In this document: positions 32,036 to 42,005 of the stretch, piece after piece
How the letters are laid out: the number at the start of each line of letters is the position of its first letter
How positions within the stretch are numbered: the first letter of the stretch is position 1
NCBI GenBank assembly: GCA_963662545.2
Contig: CAXXLL010000003.1
Location: forward strand, 2,016,001 to 2,080,000
Direction: 5' to 3'
Length of the DNA stretch: 64,000 nucleotides
Source of the DNA: Gammaproteobacteria bacterium
Lineage (GTDB): Bacteria > Pseudomonadota > Gammaproteobacteria > Ga0077536
Position numbers and translations under genes: made by a program
Notes under the pieces: generated by a model
Told to the model about the DNA's origin: nothing
Databases searched by the model: none
Seen by the model: only the letters and a program-made list of their open reading frames with translations

Positions 32036-32082
32036 GGCAATTGCTCCTGCATTCCTCTACCTACTGCATCCCTGCAGTCGTC
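32036..32082. repeat. 47-bp mini-insertion (family C) in MAE|SAA
   Basis: ACTGCA-TCCC-TGCAGT hairpin; removal restores RRMAESAALL. Confidence 0.8.
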
Positions 32083-32128
32083 AGCCATGCGCCGGGCGCC
32101 ACAACTGCCGCAAAAACCGCGCCGTTTG

Positions 32129-32180
32129 TGACGTGAAGGGATTCACTAATGCCGCGGGCGCAGGGATGCGCAGGAGCGAC
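32129..32180. repeat. 52-bp mini-insertion (family A, inverted) in the Zn-finger Cys codon
   Basis: Removal restores VAFSCKRRGFCGSC. Confidence 0.85.
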
Positions 32181-32495
32181 CAACTGAACGCCACGCAGTG
32201 CTCGGCATGACAGCTCGCGCACCGAACGCGCAGAAAACCATGCTCGAGGCGTCCGCATTTGCGGTAGGCCTCGAACTCGCGCGCAACGTATCCCGGTAAT
32301 TCCCGGCCCTGTTCGGCCATCAGCGCTGAGAAGACTGGATAGTGTTGGTCGATTATCTGATAGAGGAGGGTCTGCTCGGGGCGGTGGCGCTCGTAGTACT
32401 CCGCCTCGCCCGAAACCGAGCCCGCGTCCGTGCCCGCAGGAATTCCTGCCATTTATCGCATCCTTGCGATATCGTCTCCTCATACAGCTTACCAC

Positions 32496-32552
32496 TATGG
32501 CCCGACACGCGGCGATCGCATCCGGCTAGCCGATACCGAGCGGTGGATTGAA
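32496..32552 (+). pseudogene. 57-bp fragment resembling the urease alpha subunit N-terminus
   Basis: YGPTRGDRIRLADTERWIE matches the UreC pattern (Y/F)GPTxGD(R/K)(I/V)RLADTxLWIE. Confidence 0.6.
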
Positions 32553-32979
32553 GCTGGGCTCGACGCAGTTGTAAGCGTCAACCGCGCCAGTGGGACGCGG
32601 GGATCAAAAAGTGATCTGAATCTCGCCGCGCACGGCGAAAGGCGCCCCCGGTGTCAGCCGCAGCGCGTCCGACTGACTGCCCTGGATGAAGGATTCGTCG
32701 GCGAGATTCTCGAACCGCATCTGAAATTCGAGATGCTGAGAGTACTCCCATTGGACGAAGGCATCGGCGCGCACGTAGTCGTCGAGGCGGAGGGCGAGTT
32801 CGTCGGGGTTGAGACTCGCCTGCCGTCCGCCAACATAGTTGACCGCCAGGCCAAGCTTGAGGTCTTGTGGACGCCGCAACGATGCAGTGTACGTCGTCAG
32901 CAGGCCGCCTTGATGACGCGGGGCATTCAGCGCGCGCGTGCCATCCGGGATGAAGGGGTCGTTAGTGATCTCGGTGTCG
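32553..32979. repeat. 427-bp direct repeat, copy 2
   Basis: Matches 26011-26437. Confidence 0.92.
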
Positions 32980-34766
32980 AGGAAATTGTAACGGGCACGC
33001 AGCGCCATCGATGACGGCAGGTTCATGTTGAGTTCGACGTCCAGGCCCAGGTTTCTCTGCTCGCCGGTCTGTATTTCGAACCCCGGATTGCCCGGCGCGT
33101 CGACGGTGACATCCGTCTGTCGGATGCCGAACACGGCGGTGTCGAATGAAAACCTGCGATCGGACGATTCCCATCGAATCCCCGCTTCAATTGCCTTACC
33201 CAGCGTCGGTGACAGCTCTTTGCCGTCCGGTTTGAGACCTTCGTTGGGATCGATGGACTCGCTGTAGCTTGCATACCAGGTGAGGCCGCGGTCGGCGATG
33301 TGGACCAAGCTCACCCGCGGACTGAAGCGTCCCGTGGCGTTATCGAAACGCGAAAGGACGGTGCGATCAGAACCCGATTGATCGATGTAGTCGAAGCGGC
33401 CGCCGAACAGCAGCCGCCAGCGGTCGTTGATCGTCCAAAGATCCTGAACATACGCAGATATCTGCCGCCGCTGCTCGGCCGACTGGCGTTCCGGCGTCAG
33501 CAGGGGAAATGGTTGCCCATAGACGGGATTGAGTGGATCGATGGCAAAAGGCGCTAGGTCGGAATCGGAGCTGAGAAGCGTCACGTCCTCGTTTAAAGCT
33601 GTTCCCTCGATACCCAGTAGAAGGTCATGACGCCTGTTCCAGATCGTCAGTGGTCCGGCGGCTTCAATCTGAATGACCCAGGCGTCGTTTTCCTCGTTAC
33701 GATTTTGCGCTTCGCGCAGGATCTTGCGTCCATCGAATCCGGAAGGTTCAACCGCAGTACCATCGACCCGGGTGCTTTGCGCCTGCATGTCGATGCCGAT
33801 TTCCCAGGCAGGATCGAGACGAATGCTGGTCGACAATTGCACGGTCAAGCCTTCGATTTCGGCGGGTCCGGAAGCAGGTTCACCCAGAAAGCGATCGCTC
33901 GGCAGTCGTGGCAGGCCGTCGAGAGCGATGACGCCGGTATCCAGGAGGCGTTCGTCGCGCACGAACTCGACCGAGGCAAATACGTCGATCCCCAAAGTGG
34001 GCTGCCATGCCAGTGACGGCGCCACGAACCACCGGTCGTTCTTGACGAAATCCCGAAATGTATCGCCCTGTTCGCGGGATGCGACCAGCCGGTACTGCCA
34101 GTCATCGCTGTGGGCGATCGGTCCGGTGGCGTCGACGGTGAGCACCATCGCGTCGAAATATCCGAACTCGGCGGAAGCTTCGAGCAGGGGTTCCGATTTC
34201 GGCCGCTTCGTCACGTAGTTTATCGAGCCGCCGGGTTCCCCCGGACCCTGCAGCGCGGCGTTCGGGCCTTTGAGAATCTCGACTCGTTCGATGTTGACGA
34301 GCGTCCGGGACGTGAGCTGACCGAGTGAATCATTGAGGCCGTTGCGATAAAATGTCGAGTCGCTGAATCCGCGCAGCATGACTTCGTTGAAAGAACCGCC
34401 GTCGGACGCGATGCTGATAGCAGAAGTCGCGATATCGAGCAGGTCGGAAAGCTGCAGATAGCCGCTTTGATCAATCAGATTTTCGTCCAGCGCTTCGACG
34501 CTGATCGGGACCTCGCGGGAGGGCACGGGCAGTTTCGTGGAGTGCAGGCGTTCGCTGTTTTCGGCCGTAGATTCTTCGATTATTTCAATCGTCGGTAGTG
34601 AAGTGGGTTCGGGTTCCGCTGCTAACGGAATAGTCGCGTTAATCGGCGAAAAGAATAGTATCGCGCACCAAATGCGCAGGCGTTCCATGCCACCCAATGC
34701 CGGTCGCTGAACGCCACCGCCGCCGTGCCCCGCCGAAAGTGCCTCTTTGGAGATCAATACGAACAT
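32604..34766 (-). CDS. TonB-dependent siderophore-type receptor (start may be 34688)
   Basis: NIERVEILKGP...GEPGGSINYVTKRP plug motif; beta-barrel ending in Phe. Confidence 0.93.
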   Translation of the reverse strand: MFVLISKEALSAGHGGGGVQRPALGGMERLRIWCAILFFSPINATIPLAAEPEPTSLPTIEIIEESTAENSERLHSTKLPVPSREVPISVEALDENLIDQSGYLQLSDLLDIATSAISIASDGGSFNEVMLRGFSDSTFYRNGLNDSLGQLTSRTLVNIERVEILKGPNAALQGPGEPGGSINYVTKRPKSEPLLEASAEFGYFDAMVLTVDATGPIAHSDDWQYRLVASREQGDTFRDFVKNDRWFVAPSLAWQPTLGIDVFASVEFVRDERLLDTGVIALDGLPRLPSDRFLGEPASGPAEIEGLTVQLSTSIRLDPAWEIGIDMQAQSTRVDGTAVEPSGFDGRKILREAQNRNEENDAWVIQIEAAGPLTIWNRRHDLLLGIEGTALNEDVTLLSSDSDLAPFAIDPLNPVYGQPFPLLTPERQSAEQRRQISAYVQDLWTINDRWRLLFGGRFDYIDQSGSDRTVLSRFDNATGRFSPRVSLVHIADRGLTWYASYSESIDPNEGLKPDGKELSPTLGKAIEAGIRWESSDRRFSFDTAVFGIRQTDVTVDAPGNPGFEIQTGEQRNLGLDVELNMNLPSSMALRARYNFLDTEITNDPFIPDGTRALNAPRHQGGLLTTYTASLRRPQDLKLGLAVNYVGGRQASLNPDELALRLDDYVRADAFVQWEYSQHLEFQMRFENLADESFIQGSQSDALRLTPGAPFAVRGEIQITF

Positions 34767-34787
34767 AGTTCCGACGCTAGGATTGTT

Positions 34788-34815
34788 TTAACCTGTAATT
34801 TACCGAAAATTAACT
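34788..34815 (+). promoter_or_regulatory. Three TTAACC-like boxes at 11-bp spacing (putative OmpR-family binding site)
   Basis: TTAACC-n5-TTTACC-n5-TTAACT between the divergent receptor and regulator genes. Confidence 0.6.
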
Positions 34816-34898
34816 TTACAGCGTATTTTGCGAGCGTAGAGTATTCCAAAATGAGAATACCTGATCTAACGAGTTTGAATGAAGCTTGCCGGTGATAC

Positions 34899-35588
34899 AT
34901 GATGAACATATTACTTGTCGAAGACGACTTCGATGTTGCCCGTAACATCTGCGAGTATTTCGAAGCGCAAGGACATGACGTCGAATGGGCGCCCGACGGT
35001 TTGATCGGTCTCGAGTGCGCGACACGCCAGCACCGTGATGTCATGATTCTCGACATCGCCTTGCCGCGCTTGTCCGGCACGGACTTGTGCCGCCGGTTGC
35101 GGCAGCTCGGGCTTACGAGCGTGCCGATTCTCATGCTCACCGCGCGAAGTGATCTTTCCGATAAGCTCGAAGCCTTTAAGTTCGGAGCGGACGACTACGT
35201 GGTCAAGCCGTTTGCGCTGGAGGAGCTCGAGAGCCGAATTCTCGCGCTCGTGCGTCGAACGGCCGGAACGGAGGCCGGTCCGCTGTTGCGAGTGGCCGAC
35301 CTCGAATTCGATACCGCCACGCATACGGTTAAGCGCGGCGACATCGACGTTTCGGTCACGGCCACCGGGCGCAAGATACTCGAAGCACTAATGCGTAACA
35401 CGCATCGCGTTGTTTCCCGCCAGGAAATCGAGCACGTCGTGTGGGGAGACGACCCGCCGCGAACCGATTCGCTCAAGATACATATTCATTTGCTGCGCGA
35501 GGCAATCGACAAGCCGTTCGATTTCAATTTACTGATCGCCGTCCGCGGTGCCGGATACAGGATCTGTGCCAATAATGAAAATGCTTAA
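34899..35588 (+). CDS. OmpR/PhoB-family response regulator, ColR-like
   Basis: LLVEDD, ILDI.LP, MLTAR, GADDYVVKPF, WGDDPP..DSL..HIH.LR..IDKPF. Confidence 0.93.
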   Translation: MMNILLVEDDFDVARNICEYFEAQGHDVEWAPDGLIGLECATRQHRDVMILDIALPRLSGTDLCRRLRQLGLTSVPILMLTARSDLSDKLEAFKFGADDYVVKPFALEELESRILALVRRTAGTEAGPLLRVADLEFDTATHTVKRGDIDVSVTATGRKILEALMRNTHRVVSRQEIEHVVWGDDPPRTDSLKIHIHLLREAIDKPFDFNLLIAVRGAGYRICANNENA

Positions 35589-36846
35589 ACGACTTCATCA
35601 CCGGCTCGTTGTGGCGTCCATCGCGATGGTCATGGCAGTCTGCACCATCTTTTCTTTAGGGCTTTACTTCGCTTTCGATATAGCCGAAGACCTATTGTTC
35701 GATACCCATCTTGCGGCGGATGTCGCGAGCTTCATATCCATCTACGAGAAGGATCCCTCGGCGATCGATTTACCCAGGGAAAATTTTCTCGTTTATGCCG
35801 CGCGCATCGGTGATACCGCGCATCTGCCTGATCACATCAGCGCCCTCGGACCTGACGAAGACGATCTTGTGTTTGGCGGTCGCGAATATCACGTCCAGGT
35901 GGAAGACCGGGGAAACATGAGGTTCTACTTCTTGTTTGACGAAAGCGCGTTCGAATCCTTCGAGGAAGTATTGCTATTTTCAATCGTTGTGATCGTGATC
36001 GGTGTGATCGTAAGTGCAGCATGGTTGAGCATCGGTTTGGCGAACCGCATCATTCAGCCGTTGACCGATCTTTCCCGCCAAGTGGCGCGCCTCGATGATT
36101 CGAACGCGTCGATTCAACTGGATGCGGACGCGCCGCCGGACGACGAAATCGCCGTGCTGGCGACCGCAATCAACGGCTACCATCAACGCATCAGCGAATT
36201 GCTGAATCGAGAACGGGAATTTTCGTCCGACGTCAGCCACGAATTGCGTACGCCGCTAATGGGAATCCAGGGAGCGGCGGAGCTGATTCATAAGCGCAGT
36301 GAGGGCGATGACGACATGCGCGAACTCGCTGCCCGCGTGCGCCGCGGTTGTCTGCAGATGACGACACTGACAGAGGCTCTGCTGTATCTCGCGCGCGATC
36401 CCGCGAGCTTCAAGGATATGATCGAGCCGGTCAGCGTTGAACGCGTCGTCGATAAGCAGATATCCGCCGTTCGGGACGTGGCCGAGAGCAAGGGCGTCTC
36501 TGTGCATGTCGAACACGCCGGGACCGCGGCCACCGTAGAGACGATCCCCGCCGTCATCGATATCGTCATCGGCAATATCCTGAAGAACGCCGTTAAATAC
36601 ACCGATCAGAAGATCATCAACGTATTCGTCACCGCCGACGAGGTCGTCATCCAGGATTACGGGCCCGGTATCGACAAGACCGTGCAGGGCACGCTGTTCG
36701 ACCGATTCAATCGCGGCGAGAATCGCAACCCCGATGGTACCGGCATTGGTCTGGCTCTCGTGCGGCGGTTTTGCGATCAATACGGCTGGGCCATAGATTT
36801 TCGATCGGAAGAGACCAAAGGTACGCGAGTAGCGGTCGCGTTCTGA
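35575..36846 (+). CDS. Sensor histidine kinase, ColS-like
   Basis: Two TM segments, HAMP, SHELRTPL, NAVKYT, DYGPG, GTGIGL; ExxE (FESFEE) before TM2. Confidence 0.93.
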   Translation: MKMLKRLHHRLVVASIAMVMAVCTIFSLGLYFAFDIAEDLLFDTHLAADVASFISIYEKDPSAIDLPRENFLVYAARIGDTAHLPDHISALGPDEDDLVFGGREYHVQVEDRGNMRFYFLFDESAFESFEEVLLFSIVVIVIGVIVSAAWLSIGLANRIIQPLTDLSRQVARLDDSNASIQLDADAPPDDEIAVLATAINGYHQRISELLNREREFSSDVSHELRTPLMGIQGAAELIHKRSEGDDDMRELAARVRRGCLQMTTLTEALLYLARDPASFKDMIEPVSVERVVDKQISAVRDVAESKGVSVHVEHAGTAATVETIPAVIDIVIGNILKNAVKYTDQKIINVFVTADEVVIQDYGPGIDKTVQGTLFDRFNRGENRNPDGTGIGLALVRRFCDQYGWAIDFRSEETKGTRVAVAF

Positions 36847-36895
36847 CGTAGCCTGACGCGAGGCGGAATCCTTTCTCTGTGCTTGCCGCTACCCG
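36800..36895. repeat. Direct repeat, copy 1 (72 bp with one mismatch, about 95 bp total); copy 2 at 44947-45042
   Basis: 3' end of the kinase gene and its downstream sequence are duplicated. Confidence 0.9.
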
Positions 36896-36947
36896 CTAAT
36901 TCCGAGGGGAAGCCGCGTGGAGTTGAAGGACGCACCGTGCCGAAGCC

Positions 36948-38048
36948 TTATCCGCTCGAATTCAACGCGAAATCGAGTGTGTCCAGCACATCGCGCGGAT
37001 CGACTGCATAGCTCGTCCTGACCGGCTTCCCAGTGGCGTGTGGCACGCGCTCTCTTACATAGTAGTAATTCATGCCGGCAGCTTGTGACAGGCGATAGGG
37101 TCCATCATCGAAGTAAGTGTTGGAGAACAGTTCTATCAGGATGCTACCCGGCTTGCAGAACGCTATATTTGCTAATCCGCTGCCGTGCGCGCCTACGACG
37201 ATGTCCGCATCGGCAAACGCAGCGAGCTGGTCTTCCACACTGAGTTGTCCCGGCATGATCTTTTCGAATCCGAGCGACGCGAGCTCGGCCAAAACGACTT
37301 CCTCATTGAGCACGTGGCGCCGGGCGGCATCGTTTCTAGAGACATACAGGCGTTTCCCAAATTCCGACTTCTTTTGCACCAATTTCGGGAACAATTCGTC
37401 GCGCAGAAACCCGAGTACCCACCGCGGCGGGAGGTATCCGCAACTCAGTTGATGGCAGGGAGCTGCGATGTCATTGCTGTAGATCATCGGGGTCTCCCCC
37501 GCATCGATCACGCGATCTTGAATATCAAGTGCGCGCAGCGTTTCCATCTGAAATGCACGTCCATTCGACGCGTAGATCAATCTGTTTTCTACGTAGCCCG
37601 ATTCACGTGCGATGAAATATCTAGGCAGAATGTCAATCATCCAGTGAAAATACATCGCGGAGGTGGAAGCCGTCAGATTTAAGATCGGCTCATCGATCCG
37701 CTCTCCGGAGACGCAGCCTCGGTGCTGCGTGATGATCTTCTCCATGATCCAGGATTCCTTGAGCCGCGTACGTTGCTTGTGTGAAAGGTTCCAGAGCCTT
37801 ATTCCGTCCTCGTCAAAGACATCCCCGAGCACCGAGCAAGATCCCCCTTTCACCAAGCCCATACCTCGATGAATGTCGTAACGTAGAGGTCTCGGTTTCC
37901 ACGCGGCGAACCTCCCCGCCGTCGCGGGGACTGCGATCCACCGGTCCCCTTCTCCGATACCGTCGACCAACACCAAGTCTGCTCGCCGCGCAGGGCTCCG
38001 GAACCAGGACCGTGTCGAATCAATAAGAGGCATGTCCGTCTCGCGCAT
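36948..38048 (-). CDS. Glycosyltransferase family 61-like protein
   Basis: YFHWMIDILPR, LYVSR..A.RR, VVGAHGSGLAN..F, LIELF. Confidence 0.85.
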   Translation of the reverse strand: MRETDMPLIDSTRSWFRSPARRADLVLVDGIGEGDRWIAVPATAGRFAAWKPRPLRYDIHRGMGLVKGGSCSVLGDVFDEDGIRLWNLSHKQRTRLKESWIMEKIITQHRGCVSGERIDEPILNLTASTSAMYFHWMIDILPRYFIARESGYVENRLIYASNGRAFQMETLRALDIQDRVIDAGETPMIYSNDIAAPCHQLSCGYLPPRWVLGFLRDELFPKLVQKKSEFGKRLYVSRNDAARRHVLNEEVVLAELASLGFEKIMPGQLSVEDQLAAFADADIVVGAHGSGLANIAFCKPGSILIELFSNTYFDDGPYRLSQAAGMNYYYVRERVPHATGKPVRTSYAVDPRDVLDTLDFALNSSG

Positions 38049-38069
38049 CGAACCTGATTTTGCGATGCC

Positions 38070-39527
38070 TCACACGCCACCCGCGTTTACGCTCAGTGGT
38101 GAGCGGGGGCGATTTTCGGCGGCGCTCGGCTCGGTAGCTGACCCGGTAATCTGAAAGATGTGTGGGGACATGGACACGGCGCGGACATTGCCGAACCGAT
38201 TGAGCTGCACATGGAATTTCGAGATACGATCATTAATCTCGTCGGTCGAAATACGCGGAAATCGATGTGCATGATGGGCGGCACTGTGGCGGCTGTTTGA
38301 GCGCTGCATATTGATCTGCTGCGCGAGCGTACGCGCATTCAACCCGATCCACCCGCGGAGGTAGCTGGCTACGCCCGATCGCGGTGGCTGGTGATCGAGA
38401 TAGCCGAGATGCTCCAGGACGTCGACCACTCGATCCGAGGCCAGGGCGCCGGTAGTGGGCGCCAGGTGTCGCGACAAAATCCGCTGGCGGGTGCCTTGCT
38501 CGAGCGACTGCGCACGGCCGCGGATCACGTCGTCGAGTTTCTCGCGGACCTCGCAGCAGGCAAAGGCGCGATGGCTCAACGAATTTGGAAGATCGTAGTC
38601 GTAGGCGGCGGACCGCACTGGCTGGTAAGTGATCAAAGGGGTCTTGAGCATGGCGGCCTCGACAGCCGTCGTACAACCGTTGTGGACGAGGACTTCACAT
38701 GCCATTAGCCATGGGACTACGTTGCCGTCGTGGATCACGCGAACGTTTTGCTGATCGGCGACCACGTCACGCCAAACGTCGCGATCCTCCGATGGGTGAG
38801 GCCGCAGCACGATCGTTTTGTCTGGGAACCATCGGCCGAGCTGGGGAACAAGCTCGCGGAACGCCTCGTAAATCGCCTTTTGATGGTTTGCCATCCCTTC
38901 AGCAAACTCCGGACTTAAACCGAATCCCGTACGACTTACTTTGGTGGAACGGCCAAACCCGGTTCGTTGGATCAGGTTGAGCCCCGGCACGAACGCGTTG
39001 ACGAACGAGAAGTTCGTGTTGACGAGGATGAACTTTCCGTGTTTACGTTGCAGCGCCTCCACTTCTTCCTGAAAATATCCGCGCAGCTCCTGTCGGAGTA
39101 AATCAATGCGAGGGTTCCCGGTCACGTAGATGGGCGCGCCGTTATAGCCCGGGTATTGCGAAAACAGGTTCGCGTCATCCTGACCCCACGTAAAAAGCTG
39201 GCTCACTGTGCCGAACGCGTCCGTGGAATAACGCCATGCGTAGTATTCAGGTGATAAGAAACGGACAAGCCCCTCTTCGTCCCATGCAACGATGTCGTGG
39301 CCGAGGCGACGCGTGAGCATTAGCGTTAGGCGGCTCACCGAACGCATGCTCTTCGCGATGACGACGCCCCTCGATAAAAACGGCAACGCAAGATGGATAA
39401 AGAATCGGGACCCGAGCACGACTGAGAAGCCGCGCTCAGCGGCTACGCAGGAGAGCAAGAGTTTCGCGTCGAGTTCGCGTACCTGATTCTCGACCGGGAT
39501 GATCAAAGTGGAGCCTTGGAGCCGCAT
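38070..39527 (-). CDS. Surface carbohydrate biosynthesis protein
   Basis: PVE...RELDAKLLL, DEEGL, TGNPRIDLL, RPHPSE, HNGCTTAVEA. Confidence 0.8.
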   Translation of the reverse strand: MRLQGSTLIIPVENQVRELDAKLLLSCVAAERGFSVVLGSRFFIHLALPFLSRGVVIAKSMRSVSRLTLMLTRRLGHDIVAWDEEGLVRFLSPEYYAWRYSTDAFGTVSQLFTWGQDDANLFSQYPGYNGAPIYVTGNPRIDLLRQELRGYFQEEVEALQRKHGKFILVNTNFSFVNAFVPGLNLIQRTGFGRSTKVSRTGFGLSPEFAEGMANHQKAIYEAFRELVPQLGRWFPDKTIVLRPHPSEDRDVWRDVVADQQNVRVIHDGNVVPWLMACEVLVHNGCTTAVEAAMLKTPLITYQPVRSAAYDYDLPNSLSHRAFACCEVREKLDDVIRGRAQSLEQGTRQRILSRHLAPTTGALASDRVVDVLEHLGYLDHQPPRSGVASYLRGWIGLNARTLAQQINMQRSNSRHSAAHHAHRFPRISTDEINDRISKFHVQLNRFGNVRAVSMSPHIFQITGSATEPSAAENRPRSPLSVNAGGV

Positions 39528-39672
39528 TGATCAGGATCCCAACATCGTCGTTAACCGCGTCCGCGCCGGCGGTGACTCTTCGATGCATCGCCTATTGTCG
39601 AAACGTGACGGCGAACATTCAGCCTGGTAGGTCGTTCCTGCCAAAATCGATAGAAGCGAATCGGCGGCAAAC

Positions 39673-39954
39673 CTAGTCATCGTCTTCCTCTATCCCCAGT
39701 ACCTCGCCTGATGGCGATACGTGAATTTCATAGTCGATGCCCCCGGCTGCGCCTTCCAGTTCATAGATGACGGCGTCATCCTCAACAATTCGTTCGGCTT
39801 CAATGATGACGATGCGCTCCACCGCTCCGCTCGCAGCAGCCATCACGTGCGCGGGAACTTCCGACAACGGTATGTCTTTCTCGATACACGCTGCTGTCGC
39901 CGGCAGGCATAGCGCCGCTGTAAGTAAGTAAATTGAAATAATCATTACCCTCAT
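39673..39954 (-). CDS. Small secreted PepSY-like protein
   Basis: Signal peptide; VP..V, YELEG, YEIHV...GEVL. Confidence 0.7.
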   Translation of the reverse strand: MRVMIISIYLLTAALCLPATAACIEKDIPLSEVPAHVMAAASGAVERIVIIEAERIVEDDAVIYELEGAAGGIDYEIHVSPSGEVLGIEEDDD

Positions 39955-40472
39955 CTACGGCCTCCTCTATGCTGTCGATTGGGAATACCAATTAAATAAC
40001 CGGCATCCGGGTGCATTCGTTTCACGTGTTGGACATGCCAAAGTGTTTTCGCGCTCGTTCGATCAGACCGGACGGGTGAGCGTTTTGAGTACATGTGCCA
40101 TGCGGCAGTCTGCAAGGCGATTTGGTGCCATGCGGATTCGCGATCAAGACTAGACTCACGGCCGTTAAACATGCGTTAAAGAAGCGTAAGATGAGCGTTT
40201 CGACGCGATGTACTTGCGGTGGCGGGCAACAGTGCGTTTGTTACGCGCGATTCGAGAGAAAACAGTTGCGTCGAAAGTTAAGAAACTAACCCGCAATTAA
40301 CCAACTACATACGCTGCCACGGATACGCTGCTGTAAACGTGGAGCTCACCGCGCCACTAGAGGACAGGGTTGACGGGTTTCCAGTGCAGTATTTGAGCCG
40401 ATGGGGACGCACGGGTCTTCTCGCCTCACTTGCGGTAAATGGCTGGCTGCGGGGAGCAGACCCAAAGCGTCG

Positions 40473-41366
40473 ATGAAACTCGGCCTAATCCATCGGAATG
40501 AAACCGTGTACGACTTACGCGTGCCCATGCTCGAATCCCATCTGACGGATATGATCGGCCTCGCGCGCGGACTTCGAGGCCACTTAACGGACAGCGACGT
40601 GCGCTTCCTCGCACTGGCAGCAGCAAGCTTGCCGCCATCTCTCGGCCACGTACTGGAGATCGGTAGCTTTATGGGGAAATCAACAACGGTTCTCGCGAAA
40701 TCCGTCAGCTTGGCGGGCGGCGACCAGGTGATCGCGGTCGATCCCCAGACGCTGCCCGCTGTGACTGATCCGGCGGGTACCGACACTGCCTCACTCCGGC
40801 AAGCGTTCCGTCATACACTCGAGGCAAACGGGCTGGAACACGTCGTCGATTTTTATCGACTTCGCTCTGACGAATTTGCGCGCAATTGGAACCGGCCAAT
40901 ACGCCTACTTTGGATCGACGGGGATCACACTTATACCGGCGTGGCCGCGGATTTTGACAACTTTTCGCATTACCTAGGGCCAGGTGCAGTCGTCGCGTTT
41001 CACGACGTTACGAATCCTTTCGAGGGCCCGCTACGCGTGTTCTCCGAGCGCGTTCTCAGCTCGTCGTCATTTGGCGCGTGCGGAATCTGCGGGTCGATCG
41101 GTTGGGCCCAGTTCACGGGCGGTTCCGCGGAGAACCTACGTCTTACGATACGGAAAGCATGGCTGCACCGAACGCTGCGCCTCCTCGTCCCTCTAGTCTC
41201 AGGTGGTGGTTCAAAGGCGAAGATCAAACGGCGTGTTTTCCGAATGCTGCGATCGCTCGTACCACGCGCGGATGTTGACCCGGAGAAATGGGTCGCCGAA
41301 ATCGAAACGAATATTCCGCGTAAGCGTGAGTCCTCAACCGGATGCGGCCCTCAGCGTCGGCGGTAA
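40473..41366 (+). CDS. Class I SAM-dependent methyltransferase (Methyltransf_24-like); start uncertain
   Basis: LEIGSFMGKST, LWIDGDHTY, FHD. Confidence 0.85.
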   Translation: MKLGLIHRNETVYDLRVPMLESHLTDMIGLARGLRGHLTDSDVRFLALAAASLPPSLGHVLEIGSFMGKSTTVLAKSVSLAGGDQVIAVDPQTLPAVTDPAGTDTASLRQAFRHTLEANGLEHVVDFYRLRSDEFARNWNRPIRLLWIDGDHTYTGVAADFDNFSHYLGPGAVVAFHDVTNPFEGPLRVFSERVLSSSSFGACGICGSIGWAQFTGGSAENLRLTIRKAWLHRTLRLLVPLVSGGGSKAKIKRRVFRMLRSLVPRADVDPEKWVAEIETNIPRKRESSTGCGPQRRR

Positions 41367-42005
41367 CGGACGCCCTGAGCGTCGCCTTCCTGCCGCGCTC
41401 GACCGTCGATGATCGGGTCCGCTGCGTTCGCGAGACCGATTAAGAACCTGCCGTTGCTAGCACCGTTCTGCCTGGATCCAGATCAAACCGTCGCGCCGAC
41501 CCAGTAAGCTGTCTTCTCGCGAAATATAGGGGCTATTCTTTCTATACCCACAGAAGCTGGCGTTGCTTCTTAACGGCGTTGTATCGAATCCTTAACCCGA
41601 GTCCGACGACCATGGTGCCGTGACAGGAGCATTAATTGCAGGCGAACGGATGAAAGCGAAAACAATCGCCCTTGGCGATGGCGGCGTTTCCTATTTACTT
41701 GATAATAAGATCGATCTTTTTGTCGATGTGAAATATCGAATCGCAGACTGACCCCATAGTCCGCGCGTCGCGGAACTCGGAGGCGACCTCTTCTGCGATG
41801 ATCGGTATACCTTAAGGCACCTGATTCTGGCCACGGACATACAGCTCCCTTTTTTATCTGCCGCCCTAATCGCAAACTCGTCAGCGTCTGAGCCCGCGCT
41901 CTACGTCGAAATCGGCCTTACCCAAGCTTAACAATTTCAAATCAAATCTTTAACGGAGGCTCAGGATAATGCAGTCCTGGTTTAAGCAATCATCGGGAGA
42001 GACGC

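Larger units (their letters stand above)
30507..32452 (-). pseudogene. IS91-family HUH transposase interrupted by eight mini-insertions
   Basis: YERHRPEQT, CGRLEHGF, RQWVLSFP, QRFGSALNLNLH.H, GFSLHAG, LERLCRYIARP, KTPYRDGTTH, RLKRVF, RAPP. Confidence 0.95.
30274..32495 (-). mobile_element. IS91/ISCR-like rolling-circle element (terIS side approximate)
   Basis: HUH transposase gene with an oriIS-like end downstream at 30274-30430. Confidence 0.85.

Noticed and set aside
30683-32180. Insertions as group I/II introns or inteins
   Set aside because: Far too short, present in both orientations, and lacking catalytic cores or splice-junction residues.
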